Origin: the human T2T-CHM13v2.0 reference genome, Homo sapiens
Direction: 5' to 3' (one strand)
NCBI RefSeq assembly: GCF_009914755.1
Contig: NC_060947.1
DNA length: 64,000 nt
Position numbers and translations under genes: made by a program. The first letter of the stretch is position 1. Every line of letters begins with the position of its first letter. Positions 42,590 to 58,040 of this stretch are shown here, in pieces. The notes under the pieces were generated by a model, which had not been told where the DNA came from, made no database searches, and saw only the letters and a list, made by a program, of their open reading frames with translations.

Positions 42590-43385
42590 TCTAAGCTTCC
42601 TGGGGCACTCTGTCGGAAAATGGAAGAAAGCCTCAGATTGGCATGCGTATAACTTCCTAAGCACACTGTGCATGCTCACTTCCCAAATGTAAGGAGGGGG
42701 GCACTGTGCCTGCAGGCGGCCCACCCTAAGGGAAGAATCATGGGAAAGGTGCCAGCCTATAAAGTCCTAGGATCAAGGTTGTATTAGTCCATTTCCACAC
42801 TGCTGATTAAGACATACCCAAGCCTGGGTAATTTATAAGGAAACAGAGGTTTAATGGACTCACAGATCCACGTGGCTGGAGAGGCCTCACAATCATGGCA
42901 GAAAGTGAAAGGTACATCTCACGTGGTGGCAGACAAGAGAAGAGAAACTGTGCAGGGAAACTCCCCTTTACAAAACCTTCAGATCTCGTGAGACTTATTC
43001 ACTACCATGAGAACAGCATGGGAAAGACCCACCCCCATGATTTTATTACCTCCCACCGGGTCCCTCCCACAACATGTGGGAATTGTGGGAGCTACAGTTC
43101 AAGATGAGATTTGGGTGGGGACACAGACAAACCATATCAAAGTTTAAACATCGCACTTGTTCTCCAAGTCGCCCACTTGAGTCTCTTCCAAGCATACTTT
43201 CCTTTCTTTCATGATCTAAGGCCTTTTAAAATAAACTTCCATTCCTGCTCTGAAACTTGCTTTGGTCTCCTTTTCTGCTTTATGCCTGTCAGTTGAATTC
43301 TTTCTTCTGAGGAAGCAGGAATTGATGTTGCTGCAGATTCGTACAGATACGCTGCCAGTAACCCGAATACCTTCCACCAGTAACA
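42590..43385 (+). mobile_element. MER50-like ERV1 LTR, 5'-truncated and split by THE1
   Basis: CCCACCCTAAGGGAAGAATCATGGGAAAG, TATAAA at about 42758, AATAAA at about 43230, ends CCTTCCACCAGTAACA. Confidence 0.7.
42780..43139 (-). mobile_element. THE1B-like solo LTR
   Basis: TGTATTAGTCC...AACCATATCA; TSD AAGGT / AAGTT. Confidence 0.93.
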
Positions 43386-45351
43386 CTAGGGGTCTACAAA
43401 AGATACTATAATTTTGAACTACATTGACACATTTCAGAAAAAGGCATCTCATTACCTCAATGATAAGTACATTGAGGAATTAACTTCAATGTCAAGAGAG
43501 TAAGGACAGTGATTTTATAATTTTTACTACCTTCAGCTACACTCAACTTCAGTCCTTTTTCTTTCGCATTAAAAAACATTATTGAGGCCACCTCAGAATC
43601 TTAGTGTATGCTGGGAAAGCAGATTCTTATTTGTAGTGCTGCAAAGGTGTTAGGGCTGGAAAAGTGAATGAGTTCTGTAAGGTTCAGGGCCAAAATTGCT
43701 GACAAAGCCCCTTCTGTCTTCTTCAGTCCACAAAGCATATCCTTCCTTCCAGGAGATGATAAACATGGCAGCACTCAGTACTGACAGTAATTGTCTGTCT
43801 CTGGCATATGGCACCAACAATGAGAGATGAAACACTCTGATAACTGGCTTGGGAACCAGGAACACTTCTTGCAAGAGAAGCAAAATGATTCTTCCCTGCA
43901 ACGTGGGAATTGGCATGAGTCCCTCTACTTTCAGAGAGCTTGTTCCAAGAAGGAAGGGAGAAATCAGTGAAGGGTATAAGGTCTGCTTTCTTCTGCTTTC
44001 TTCACAATCTGTCATTTCATTGGCGAAAGGTTTAGCTTGGAACAGAGTCTGATTTTAGTTTTGGTTGTGTGTTTGCCGGTGATTACCCCACAGTAGGAGG
44101 TCTCACACATTAGTGATAAAAACTTCATCTCAAGGGTGCCAGGCAATTCACACATCATGGTTAATAAAAATAAAATATTGAAGACATGCTCAGAAAAGTG
44201 ACTTAAATGAGTATTTACACAGCTATCCCACAGATGCTCTGTGTGAGTGAGGTGAGTACAAACAAGATGGCTAACACCATTTCTTTTTTCAGAAAGCAAG
44301 CCAACAGGAGTCCCATGCAAGCATTGTATTCATTGTGCTATAAGCTAGATCCAAGTGCTTTACAACTGCAATTCATTTTCAGTGAAATACAGTTGTCCAC
44401 CTATTAAAACTTCTCTGCCCAAGCATTTCAAAGTGAGTCCTATTTCACCAACTCAATTCAGAAAGAAAGACGAGCTCAGCGCTGAAATGTTTATGAAGTC
44501 TCCGTTATACAGTTGTATGAATGAATGCATTTGATTCATGTATTCATGTATGTGTCAAATGAACAGAAAAAGCAACAACTCTTGCCTCCTCCTGCCATAA
44601 AAAGAAACTTTGTAAAGAAGCTTTCATCATGTAAGCTATTCCATCCAAAATCATCTGCTCTTGCATAACATGTTATATCATTTTATTTTAAACCTGGATC
44701 TAAGAAAAGTGATATCTCAAAAATACCATGGAGAGAATGCCCAGGTGTCTAGAGTTTTATAAACTTTACCCTATACTCACCTAAAATCTCTTATATAGCA
44801 ACATCATCACTTTCTTAAATATATTATTCAATTCCCATGTTAATTAATAGCATTAGGTTATCCACTCGTTTATAGATACCTGATTTTAAAGTCCTCACAA
44901 GCTGAAGTTCCCATATTCTTATTTATAGTAGAACAAAGAAAGCTTCTCTAGCTAAGACTGTCATTTTATTCAACACATAATTATACTTGAGGGAAAATAA
45001 AAAGACTGCATTTGAACTATTTTAAAGCAATTTATGAAAAGTTACTATGTCAGGGCATCGTTCCTCATTATCCTATGTAATACTAGCAAAACTGTTTCTA
45101 TGGATTAACTGACACAAAGTCACTTTTGTAAACAATGATAGGTGAATATTTTCAAATCAGTTATGCATAAACACACAAATCAAGACAAAGTCACATTCCA
45201 TGTATTTAGGGAGGATCATCCCATAACCAAAATTAGATATATGACCTTCTATGATATCTTCAAACATCTCAATGGTTAATTACTCAATATCCCATAATAT
45301 ATAATCCACAATCATCCCCCTCAACACACACACACACTTCTATTTACATAT

Positions 45352-45575
45352 AGTCTGTCCTTTATATCTGTGACTTCCGCACCCACAAATTCAACCAACC
45401 TTGGGTTGAAAATATTTGAAATATATGTAAATACAAATATATAAGGAGTTCATGCAACTCAATAGCATAAAAACAAATAATTGGATTAAACAAATGGGCA
45501 ACAGATCTGAGTAGACATTTCTCAAAAGAAGACATATAGTTAAAGAAAAAAATGCTCAACATCACTAATCATTTA
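45352..45575 (+). mobile_element. Tigger3/MER7-like end (to about 45422) abutting a short L1 fragment
   Basis: ATTCAACCAACCTTGGGTTGAAAATATTTG, then AAATGGGCAACAGATCTGAGTAGACATTTCTCAAAAGAAGACAT. Confidence 0.6.
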
Positions 45576-46258
45576 GTGATTTAGAGGAAATAAGAAACAC
45601 GGGATGTAGTGTTTTACCCAAAGAGTCAATCTTAAATGACACCAACAGTAATTCAGATTAGTCATATTTGCTGGAATATAAATAATGCATTAACCTTTTT
45701 TGGGAATGACAATCTTTCTTGGGGATGACAGTCCTAGGGCATCCACTTCCAGAAATATGGCTCAGCAATGGAGCCCGGTGTCTTTTCATGATAAATAGAA
45801 ATACCAAAGTTAGGCCCATAGCCCATAGAATGCCTATAACCCAAGACTGTACTCTTTGATATGGTTGTCAGAAGTGTAAGGCATTAGAGAAAGAAAACAT
45901 GAGACATTGAGTACAGAAATGAACACCTTCCCCTCTTGGAGAGTGGGCAAAATAAACAAATTCAGATTATAGGTTGTGCATCCCTAATATGAATATCTGA
46001 AATCTGAAATGCTCCAAAATCCTAAACTTTTTGTGCACGGAGATGACACCACACATGGAAAATTCCACCCCTGACCTCATGTGACGGGTCACAGTCAAAA
46101 CACACGTGCACAACACACAGTTTATTCAGTGTCCTTAGGGAGGAAAGACACCAGTCCCCCCAACCCCTGCAGCGCCCATCAGCTGCAATATATCTTTTCC
46201 ATGCATGCCACACTCCCCCATGGAAGCATACCCACAAAGGGTAATAAAAGGACATGTG

Positions 46259-46692
46259 GGCCAGGCTCAGTGGCTCACGCCTATAATCCCAGCACTTTGG
46301 GAGGCTGAGGTGGGTGGATCCCCTCAGGTTAGGTGTTCGAGACCAGCCTGGCCAACATGGCGAAACCCTGTCTCTACTAAAAATATGAAAATTAGTAGGG
46401 CGTGGTGGCATGCGCCTGCAGTCCCAGCTACTCAGGAGGCTGAGGCAGGAAAATCACTTGAACCTGGGAGGCAGCAGTTGCAGTGAGCCAAGATCAAGCC
46501 ATTGCACTCCAGACTAGGCGACAGAGTGAGACTCAGTCTCAAAAAAAAAAAAAAAAATTGGGTGTGGTAGCACATGCCTGTAGTCCCAGCTACTTGGGAG
46601 GCTGAGGCATGAGAATTATTTGAATCCAGGAGGTGAGATTGCACCGCTGAACTCCAGCCTGGGCGACAGAGCGAGACTCCATCTCAAAAAAC

Positions 46693-46721
<29 letters not shown>
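46259..46721 (+). mobile_element. AluSx-like plus a second Alu right arm (46558-46721) in tandem
   Basis: Dimer, then A-run, then a right monomer with an internal deletion; flanks AAAAGGACATGT / AGGAGGACGTGC. Confidence 0.9.
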
Positions 46722-46723
<2 letters not shown>

Positions 46724-46889
46724 AGGACGTGCGTGCAGCTGTATGCACCAATGGCAGATTCCCCCAGTTGTCCCACAGGAGGCCGAGACCTACGTGCATT
46801 ACTCTCTGTGGGTTTTTTGCCTGCTTATTTTCTGCTCTGTGGTGTAAAGATATTGTTAAAAAGTTTGAAAAAGGCCTGCAGATTCCCCT

Positions 46890-47030
46890 ATGGGTAACAG
46901 TGATAAGAAAAAGAGGACGTGTTTATGTGTAGGTATAGCACCAAAAGTCAAGCACTTGGAGAAACTGGACAGTAGTGTTAGTGTGAATCATCTTACAGAA
47001 GAGTATGGTGTTGGAATGACCACCATTGAC
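46890..47030 (+). pseudogene. Tigger4 transposase N-terminal (CENP-B/psq-type HTH) remnant
   Basis: MGNSDKKKR..L.V.IAPKVKHLEKLDSSVSVNHLTEEYGVGMTTI matches the pogo/JRK/TIGD N-terminal pattern KRK..LSI.QKV..LE.L..G.S...L..EYGVG.TTI; homology ends at about 47030. Confidence 0.75.
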
Positions 47031-47284
47031 GTTTTCTTCTCATTAAAAAAAATACAGTGTACAGTTAGCTTATAACCAAAACATAGCATCGCAGGTGGAC
47101 ACTGGAAATGTTGCCATTGTCAGTTGCTTCTGTTGTTTAACAGCAGACACAGGTGTTCTGGTGGTGCCACTGTGCAGATTATTTACCCTGAACACATTCA
47201 GATGTCACTGTATTAATGCTGCGTTACATGTTTTACTGTTAAGTACTCATTTGTGCAGAAGTGTAATAAAAGTATTGCTTATAT

Positions 47285-47614
47285 CAGCAGTCCCCAGCCT
47301 TTTTGGCACCAGGGACCAGTTTTATGAAAGACAATTTTTCCACAGTTGGAGGGGGCAGGGTATGGTTTTGGGGTGAAACGTTCCACCTCAGGTCATTAGG
47401 CATCAGGTTCTCATATGGATCATGCAACCTAGATCCCTCACATGTGCAGCTCACTATAGGGTTTGGGAGACTCTAATAATGCTGCTGATCTTACAGCAGG
47501 TGAAGCTCAGGCGGTAATGCTCGCCGGCCCACCACTCACCTCCTGCTGTGTGGCCGGGTTCCTAACAGGCCACGGACCAGTACCTGCCCTCGGCCCAGGG
47601 ATTGAGGAGGCCTG
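47285..47614. mobile_element. MER1B (hAT-Charlie MITE)
   Basis: CAGCAGTCCCCAGCCTTTTTGGCACCAGGGACCAGTTT; perfect 8-bp TSD GCTTATAT. Confidence 0.92.
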
Positions 47615-49157
47615 GCTTATATGCAGCTTATACATTTAGAGTAAGGAATGACGGTAATGCCGGACAACCACAAATTGTCCACATGGGTTGCTGAGATAGT
47701 GACATCTTTGCTCTCTGATGGTTCAGTGTACATAAATGTTTCATGCACAAAATTAGTTTTAAAACATTGTATAAAATTACCTTCAAGCTATGTGGATTAG
47801 ATGAACATGAAACATTAATAAGTGTTGTGTTCAGACTTGAGTCCCATTCCTAAAATATCTCATTGTGAATATGCAGATATTCCAAAAATTTAAAAATTCA
47901 TATATCTCAAATTACTATTTCTTTCCATATATATTTCCATCCTACTTCATATATATCTATATGAATATGAAGTAGGATATATATATGTATGTAGGATGGA
48001 AATATTAAAGTAGAATGGGAAGCTTGTGGACATGTAGATTATTTATAATATTTTATATTTCTAGGACACCTGTGATTGTATGACGAAAAGCTATAGCTTT
48101 TCAGGATTGAAAGACATTTCTACTACATTAAAATGGGAAGAGAAATGTGTCTGGATATATTTGTATTTGTTTTTACAAAATGGGATTTTACTATATACAT
48201 AGCTTTGAAATTTTATTCTTCAGAAAATGGCCATTTTTTCAATCCTTCATTTTTTTCATTTTATGTAATTTTTCCATTCATTTTTCATTTTAAAAATTTA
48301 TACATATGATATGTGAAATATGTGGTTTATTTAGCCATTAAATGATTGCATTATTTTTAAACAGAAAAGAAAAAAACACCAAAATTGTTTTCCAAAAGCA
48401 TAATAAGACAACTTTTTTAGTATTATTTGAGCCCATCAATAAAAACAGCAATTTATTTAATAGCATCACTCAGAGAAGTAAGTTTTTAAAAACCAGTCAG
48501 TAGTTAAGAAGTCATTTTTAATTTTAATATTTTCCAAGTGAGCTTGTGTCATCGTTTTTAATTGAAATGAAGTTTTAGTTCAGGCATTTATTATTTATTA
48601 GATTTTAGTCCTCACTATAAATCATTGTCATAATGGAGCAAGAGAGAAAAGAAAATTCCTCATTATGGACTTTCACAGGACACATTTCAACTCTTTTATC
48701 TCTATATTATTTAAAATCTATTACCAAGAGTAATTCGGAAATGCAATCCACCTATTATAGCAACTACACCAACTGACATTTAAATTTGTTCAGTTTCTCC
48801 TAAAAATGGTAAAAGAGAACACTGACTCATGGGGCGATTTTAGAATGTTCATTAGGGGCTGTCCAGCCAGGAAGCACAGATTCCCACTGATGGGTACGAG
48901 AAGACAGAAAATGGAGCCAATTAATTACCAGGTAAGGTAATGGTATAATAGCACTGCTAAAGGGGAGAATTCTGCCTCGTTCTGCATTCGCTCATTGAGA
49001 TTCATGGGGAAGCCTCATGTCAAATTTAGATTGGGCAAGTTACGGGACAGCTATACAAAGAGAAAAGGGAGAATTATTTTTCCCTTGGTTAAGTCGAGGT
49101 GTCAGTCAAATGAGCAGAATATGAGCAATGCTGAAGAAATTATAGGAGATTCCCTGT

Positions 49158-49360
49158 GCAGTTGCTCAGTCTCAGCTGTTTTGGCATTTGGGGCTGGATG
49201 GTCCTTGGTTGGGTCGAGGCTGTCCTTTGCACTCTTGAATGCTTAGCACAGCCCTGGCCTTACTCCCTGGATATCAACGGTACCGTTCCCCAGTTTAGGC
49301 AACTGGAAATGTCTCCAAATATCTCCTAAGGGGCCAAATAACCCCAGTGGAGAATCAGTC
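49158..49360. mobile_element. MER20 (hAT MITE)
   Basis: GCATTTGGGGCTGGAT..GGCTGTCCT.TGCA..AGCCCTGGCCT..AAATGTCTCCA..GTGGAGAATCA. Confidence 0.75.
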
Positions 49361-49573
49361 AATGGAAGGATGGAGCATGGAGCTTTAAATCTATAGGAGA
49401 AATCACAATGCATACATCCAGGATATTTGTAGGATACGCATAGTCTATTATTCAGTCTATACTGGATACTGTGCAGATCCATTTGTATTCATAATTAATA
49501 CAACATTTTCTGACGTAATCAATAAGCAAGTCCTGATTATTTGTTTTGATATTCAAAGCTCTAAAGTAACATC

Positions 49574-50000
49574 ACTTTCTCTTTCTTTCTTTCCTTCCTT
49601 CTTTCCTTCTTTCTTTCTTTTTCTTTCTTTCTTTCTTACCTTTCCTTCCTTCCTTCCTTCCTTCCCTCCCTCCCTCCCTCCTTCCCTCCCTCCCTCCTTC
49701 CTTCCTTCCTTCCTTCTTTTGTTTTGAGACATAATCTTGCTCTGTCACCCAGGCTGGAGTGCAGTGGTGATCACTGCAGCCTCAAACTCCTGGGCTCAAG
49801 CAATTCTCCTGCCTCAACCTCCCAAGTAGCTGGAACTACAGGCATGCACCACCCCACCCAGCTAATTTTTGAAAATCATTTGTAGACATTGGGCCTTGCT
49901 ATGTTGCCTAGGTGGGTCTCGAACTCTTGGCCTTAAGCCATTTTCCAGCCTTGGCCTCCCAAATCGCTGGGATTACAGGCATGAGCCACAACACCTTGCC
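49574..50000 (-). mobile_element. AluJ with an expanded (TTTC)/(TTCC)/(CTCC) tail (49574-49720)
   Basis: TSD AAAGTAACATC on both sides. Confidence 0.92.
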
Positions 50001-50062
50001 AAAAGTAACATCTATTTCTAAAGTGAGCCTTATTCAAGACCCAATTTTCTTTTTCTAATTAG

Positions 50063-50449
<387 letters not shown>

Positions 50450-50572
50450 TGAAGTATTAAGATGCAATTTTAAAATGTAGAGGTAAAATATTGATGTTTT
50501 CATCACAATGACTAATATGTGAGAAAAGTCTTGTTGATATTTAAAATGATACCCAGTATGGATTACTGATAT

Positions 50573-50959
50573 TGTCATGGAATGCATTTTGCTCCATCCC
50601 CAAAATATATATGTCAAAGTTCAAACTCCCAATGTGATTGGATTTGGAGATAGGGCCTTTAAAGAGGTGATTAGACAAAAATGAGTTCCCCAGGGTGGAC
50701 CCTAATCCCATAGAATGGGTATAGGGTCCTTATGAGAAGAGGAGATTAAGACACAGACACACACAGATGGACAACCATGTGAGGACACAGGGAGAAGACG
50801 GCATCTCCAAGCCAAGGAGAGAGGCCCCAGGAGGAACCAGCCCTGCCCACACCTATATCTCAGTCTTCCAGCCTGCAGAATGTGAGATAATAAATGTCTG
50901 TTGTTTAAACCAACCAGTCTGTGTTATTTTGTTATGCCTGCTCTAGCCCTAAACTAACA
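50573..50959 (+). mobile_element. MLT1B-like MaLR LTR
   Basis: TTTGGAGATAGGGCCTTTAAAGAGGTGATT..CCATGTGAGGACACAGGGAGAAGACGGCATCT..AATAAATGTCTGTTGTTTAA. Confidence 0.88.
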
Positions 50960-51917
50960 TTTACATGTTCTGCATTACAAAAGCTCTTTGATAAATAATC
51001 TTGACACTTAAGCTTACAATTTATAATAAAATGGAATAAAAGGGTATATAATTTTTTTGCTGAGATATCGTTTATATCTTGTCCACCTTTTACTTTTATG
51101 AAATGGATAAAGCCTAGGAATAAAGAACTTTTATTGTTAATATTATCTTAAATTTTAGTTTATCTGTGTTAATTCATGATCCCAGTAGATACCGCAAATA
51201 CCTTTTCTTCACCTTCACAACCGTAATGATATTTCCTCATATTATCATTGCATTTTCTAAAGTTGTTGCCATTTCTTTAATGCCCTTTATTAATTATGTT
51301 CAGACTGTGTTCCTGTCTTTAGTTAGCTATTTTTAAATCTAGTTGACACAATGCCAGACAATCGTATTTCAACACTGTAATAGAAAAAGACTTCAGCTAA
51401 AGATTGAAATAAAACCTTCATTGACTTAAGCTCTTTTTGTGTTTATGAATTCTGCCCATAAATGGTTTAGAAAACAAATGTCTATAAGTGTTACGGATTT
51501 CATTTTTACACATCAGCTGCTTGCCATGGTAAGTCAATAGGGAGTTCTTTTCACCTTGAAAACATGTAAATGTGTGCCAATTTAGACTTCTCTAGAAGAG
51601 AACCACTACATTTCAGGAACAATAAGAAGATTGAAAGAGAATTAACATAGTGTTTATTATACAGTATTTATTTTATAAGCAAAATTAAAAATCTAACATT
51701 TTCCAAAATATCCATGTAGTGCTAAATATTATCATAAAGTACATAAAGGGGCACATTGTCAGAATTGTGACATAGAAGATAAAACAGTAGTTTCCAAATC
51801 ATAATCCTAGAAACTTTCCATTTTAGAAACAGGATGTGAGAGAGGAAACTAGTAGTTATAAAAATGAAATGCTTTATGAATACCTATAGAAGTTTCCAGT
51901 CAAGAATATTTTATGTT

Positions 51918-52078
51918 GGCTGGACATGGTAGCTTACAACTCTAATCCCAATACCTTGGGAGGCTGAGGAGCGGGGATTACTTGAGGCCATGAGTTTGAG
52001 GCTGCAGTAGGCTAGGATCACATCACTGCACTCCAGCCTGGATGACAGAATGAGGCCCTGATTCAAAAAAAAAAAAAA
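51918..52078 (+). mobile_element. Alu monomer (FAM/FRAM-like)
   Basis: Single arm with A-tail. Confidence 0.8.
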
Positions 52079-52519
52079 GTATACTTATTAAAGGGATGAA
52101 ATTATACTAAAGTCAATATAATTGATCAAGATATATAATCTGTTATTTCTAATACAGAGTATAGAATGACACACCAACTATAAACAATAAGTTGGCAATT
52201 GAGATAAATAAATATGTAAAGTAAGAAAGTTTATTTTATGAAATGGATTGAATACACAAAATAGAATCTCTAGTGTATATATTCACTAAGTGTAGAAATA
52301 CGTTAATGTGAGTTTGCAATGGAATCGGTAAAAATTAACCACCCTCTTCTCAGCCACAGAACAAATATTTATAGGGAACCTCACATTAAAATTAATCCAG
52401 AATTTGAATGCAAGGAAGTGGATAATCTTTAATGTTTTCTTGAGATCAATGGTTGGTTTTAATCAAGATCACTAAAAATTCTTGCAAATTTCAATTGTTC
52501 TAGTTGGTTGTTGCGTCAG

Positions 52520-53125
<606 letters not shown>

Positions 53126-53265
53126 GTCCTAAAGTTAGCATTTGATTAAGAACTATTAATGAAATGTCAATGATAAGAATTTCTCATTGAGTGTTGTTCT
53201 TTGGACTTAATACTTATTGAGTACTCACTAGCATCTTATCCCTTGCTGAAATGTTTTATACATAT

Positions 53266-53586
53266 GTGTTTCAGTCTGTTCTGCCTTTTAGAACAAAGTG
53301 TCATAAATTGGATGGCTTATCAAAAATAGGAATTTATTTCTCATAATTCAGGAGGCTGGGAAGTCCAAGAGTAATGCTGATTGAATTTCTGCTGAGGGCC
53401 AATTTTCTAGTACATAGATGGTGACTTCTGGCTGTTTCTTCTTTTATAAGGATACAAATCTACATGAGGGTTCTGTCTTCATGATTTAATCATATTTTGA
53501 AACACCCCATCTCCTAATGCCATTAGTTTGGTGATTAGGTTTTCAACATATAAATTTCAGAGGGGACACACCTTTAGAACCTAACA
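53266..53586 (-). mobile_element. MST/MLT1A-type MaLR LTR
   Basis: ATTTATTTCTCATAATTCAGGAGGCTGGGAAGTCCAAG..CTTTTATAAGG..GGGGACACA. Confidence 0.75.
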
Positions 53587-54397
53587 ATATATAATTGGAA
53601 ATTGGCGTAAATACTAGTGTTATCTTGTGATGAAAAACAGATCTAGACACACTCAGTAATTTACCTTAATGTCACATCCAGCTACTAAAGTGAGAGACCA
53701 AGGTACGACTAACATCCAATCCACCACACTGAAATCATGCTGTTAGAGAGATAAGAGAAAAACTCACAGATTTATATGCAAGTTGACAAATTTGAAACTT
53801 TTGCCTGAACACAGAAAATGAGACCACCAGGGTGCTGTAGTTTATGTTGAGTGATGACTGAAAATAATCGATAGAGTTAGTGTTTGGAGTTCAAAGGAGA
53901 AGAACGATTTTGTCTCAAAGCCATCGGGAGTGGGAAACAATAATGGATTCTTGCTAGACTAATAAGAGAGAAATGGTTCTCCTGCCTGTCTCCATTCTTT
54001 TCCATCCAGATGCTGTTGTTATACTAAAATTACCTCAGACAATCCCTACGAAGGTAGTGTGAGGTTGAATAGGATAAGTAGAGAGAGACTGCAGAACATG
54101 TATTATAGATTCTGCCATAATTGCTTATGTCTCCCCACCCTACCCTGTGCCCAGGAGGATGAGTTTTGTATAACAATGGGATCCATTGACTTATGACTTC
54201 CATGCGGATTCAACTAGGATTTCAAAGGATGGTAGAAGATTGAGGTTAGAGATTTCCTTCACAGGCTTCCCACTTGCAGGATCAGCTTAGGCAGGCAGTG
54301 TCTCTCAACCTAAAATGACTGGTGCTCCCAATGTGACCTTTTCTATCTACCCATTTCTTTCAGCTTACTAGTACATGATTTCCCTTCAGTCAGTCAT

Positions 54398-55237
<840 letters not shown>

Positions 55238-56593
55238 ATAACTATTCTCTCCTCTCATTGCTTTGAGCATACAAATGGTTGCACTTTAATCGCCAATAAT
55301 CCTGTTTATTTTTTGGCGGGGGTGGTGCTCTTTTATAGTTCCCAAAGAGCTTCACCTCAGCTGTATAAACAAACTATCTTCGTAACATTCTAATTTAAGT
55401 GTGCTATTTTTTTCTTTTCTGAGCTGACTAATAATTTAAATGCAATATTCCATTTATCTTTAGAATTATGATAGAGGGAATGGAATAGAAGGAACAGATA
55501 CAGGATAGAGAAGTAAATGGAAGGGTCACTAATTGAACACTGTTTGGCTATGAGGAAAGGGTTGCAGAGGTCCCGCGATTTTGACAGAGAGAAACATTGT
55601 GTCATTGACTATATTAAGAATGTCAGAAGAGACATCCAGTTTGAGACCCCTCCATGCATATATTTGGAGCAGATAATTTAGGTCATTTGGACAGAGCCAA
55701 AAGTAACTAGAAGTTAAAAAAAAAAAAAGTAACTAAAAAGTTACTAAGAGTCATGCATAATGTGGCCATGTGCATATTTTATTTGTGAATATATAATTGA
55801 TATTTCATTTTCTCCTCAAAAAGGGAAACATTATTTCAATGATAAATAGACCACATTCAGGATTCACTTAGTCTCTAAGTACTTTACATCTATACAATGT
55901 GGTTTATTAGCTACATGGTTTATGTAATTGAGAGATGTCTCAAATATGCCAAACCATGAACAAAAAATTAAAAAAAAAATTTTAAGATGTCCATATTTAA
56001 ATTTAACCCAAAATGTTTAAAGGCAGAAATATGTTACAGTTATCCTTTCAGCTTAGAAGAAGAAGAGAAAGCCACTAATCATAGTTTGCATTTTCATTTT
56101 TATGTAGGAAAAATCCTGGAATTTAACCACATGTAGAAATAATCAGAGCAAATCCCATCCTGGTGACTTTAGACTCTTGGGCAGGATGCTAAGAATCTTA
56201 TTTGCATACTTTTACTACAAGTCTATAAGAGAATACCAACTGAGACAGCCTTTATCTTTGAGGAAAATAAAAAAAATAAAAATTACACATTTCAACTGAA
56301 AATATTAACATTCTCTCTCAGTGGATGACAGAAGGCAGCAAGAAAGAAAGCTTAGCCAATAATATTTATAAAACAAGTGTTGGGGTCTATTGCAGTAAAT
56401 TATAAACAACGATAAAAAGTATCTCCACAAACATCTTTCATAACTTGGAAATCATAAATGTTATCTTTAAAAACCAATGACTTCAAAAGGCAATTAAAAG
56501 GTAATCAAAACCGACATCATAACTAATTTAGAACCAAAGTAAAACAAAACAATTATTTTCAAAGTCTTATTAAGTGCTACTAAAGAAATAAAT

Positions 56594-56875
56594 AGCCTTG
56601 CGCAGTGGCTCATGACAGTAATCCCAATACTTTGGGAGGTTGACGTGGGTGAATCGCTTTAGTCCAGGAGTTTGAGACCAGCCTGGATAACATGGCAAAA
56701 CCCTGTCTCTAATAAAGACAAAAAACTTAGCCAGCCGTGATGGTGCAGGTGTGTAGTCCCAGCTGCTTGGGAGGCTGAGGTGGAGGATTGCTTTAGCCAT
56801 GATGTCAAGGCTGCAGTCAGCAGAGATTGTGCTACTGCACTCTAGCCTGGGTAACAGAGAGAGATCTTGTCAAAA
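56594..56875 (+). mobile_element. AluJ
   Basis: Diverged dimer, GGAGGATTGCTT..AAGGCTGCAGT. Confidence 0.9.
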
Positions 56876-56921
56876 GAAAGAGAAAGAAGAGAGAAACAAA
56901 GAAAGAAAGAAAGAGAAAGAG

Positions 56922-56960
<39 letters not shown>

Positions 56961-57025
56961 GAAAGAAAGAGAAAGAAAGAAAGAAAGAAAGAAAGAGAAA
57001 GAAAGAGAAAGAAAGAAAGAAAGAA

Positions 57026-57089
<64 letters not shown>

Positions 57090-57099
57090 GAAAGAAAGA
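56872..57099. repeat. Long compound (GAAA)n/(GA) microsatellite at the Alu tail
   Basis: Direct, about 225 bp. Confidence 0.97.
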
Positions 57100-57299
57100 T
57101 TCAGGATTAAGTTCTAGTTCAGTAATAGTATACTCATTCCATCCTCTTTACAAGGAACAAAGAAAAAATAGTATTAAAAATAAATATTGAAGAAGAATAA
57201 AGCTTGAAAATAAATGAGCTCAAATCTCGAAGCAAAAAACCAGAATATAACAGAAGAATAAGTACATACCATTGAGAATGTGGGACATGAAAATATCAA

Positions 57300-57446
57300 A
57301 AAAAAGAAGGAAGGAAGAAAAGAAGAAAGAAAGGAAAAAAATGAAAAAATAAAGGAAGGAAGAAAGGGAGAGAAAAAGTGTGTGAATCAGAGAAAGGAAG
57401 AGAGAGGAAGGAAGGAAGGAAGGAAGGAAGGAAGGAAGGAAGGAAG
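57300..57446. repeat. Purine-rich tract ending in (GGAA)10 at 57406-57445
   Basis: Direct. Confidence 0.93.
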
Positions 57447-57706
57447 CAATTATGATAAACCTAAACCAAATTTAATTCTTCAAAAAAAAAAAAGCAGAAA
57501 AACTTTATTAAGTTAAGGAGAAAATTATAAATAATAGTAAAAGTTGGAACATTACTATATATTTGCAGATGTGTCTGTATTATTTCACGATATTAAAAAA
57601 ATATTCATTCAGTCACATATAAATGGTGGTAGTAAAAGCAAAGCAGATAAAGAAGATAAATTCAAATTCAGGATAAGTTCTATTTCAGTAAGAACACACT
57701 CATTCA

Positions 57707-58004
<298 letters not shown>

Positions 58005-58040
58005 GACCCTTATTCCATCCTCTTTACATGCATGGAAGTG

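Larger units (their letters stand above)
45970..47905 (+). mobile_element. Tigger4 (Zombi/MER46) internally deleted element hosting Alus and MER1B
   Basis: 5' end AGGTTG.GCATCCCTAAT..AAATCTGAAATGCTCCAAAAT, GGAAAATTCCACCCCTGACCTCATGTGACGGGTC; 3' part AAAATTACCTTCAAGCTATGTG..TTGAGTCCCATTCC; 3' TIR absent. Confidence 0.85.

Noticed and set aside
48844-48937. Possible short exon (TTTTAG acceptor, CAG|GTAAGG donor)
   Set aside because: Weak pyrimidine tract, no recognisable coding content or partner exons; such sites are common by chance
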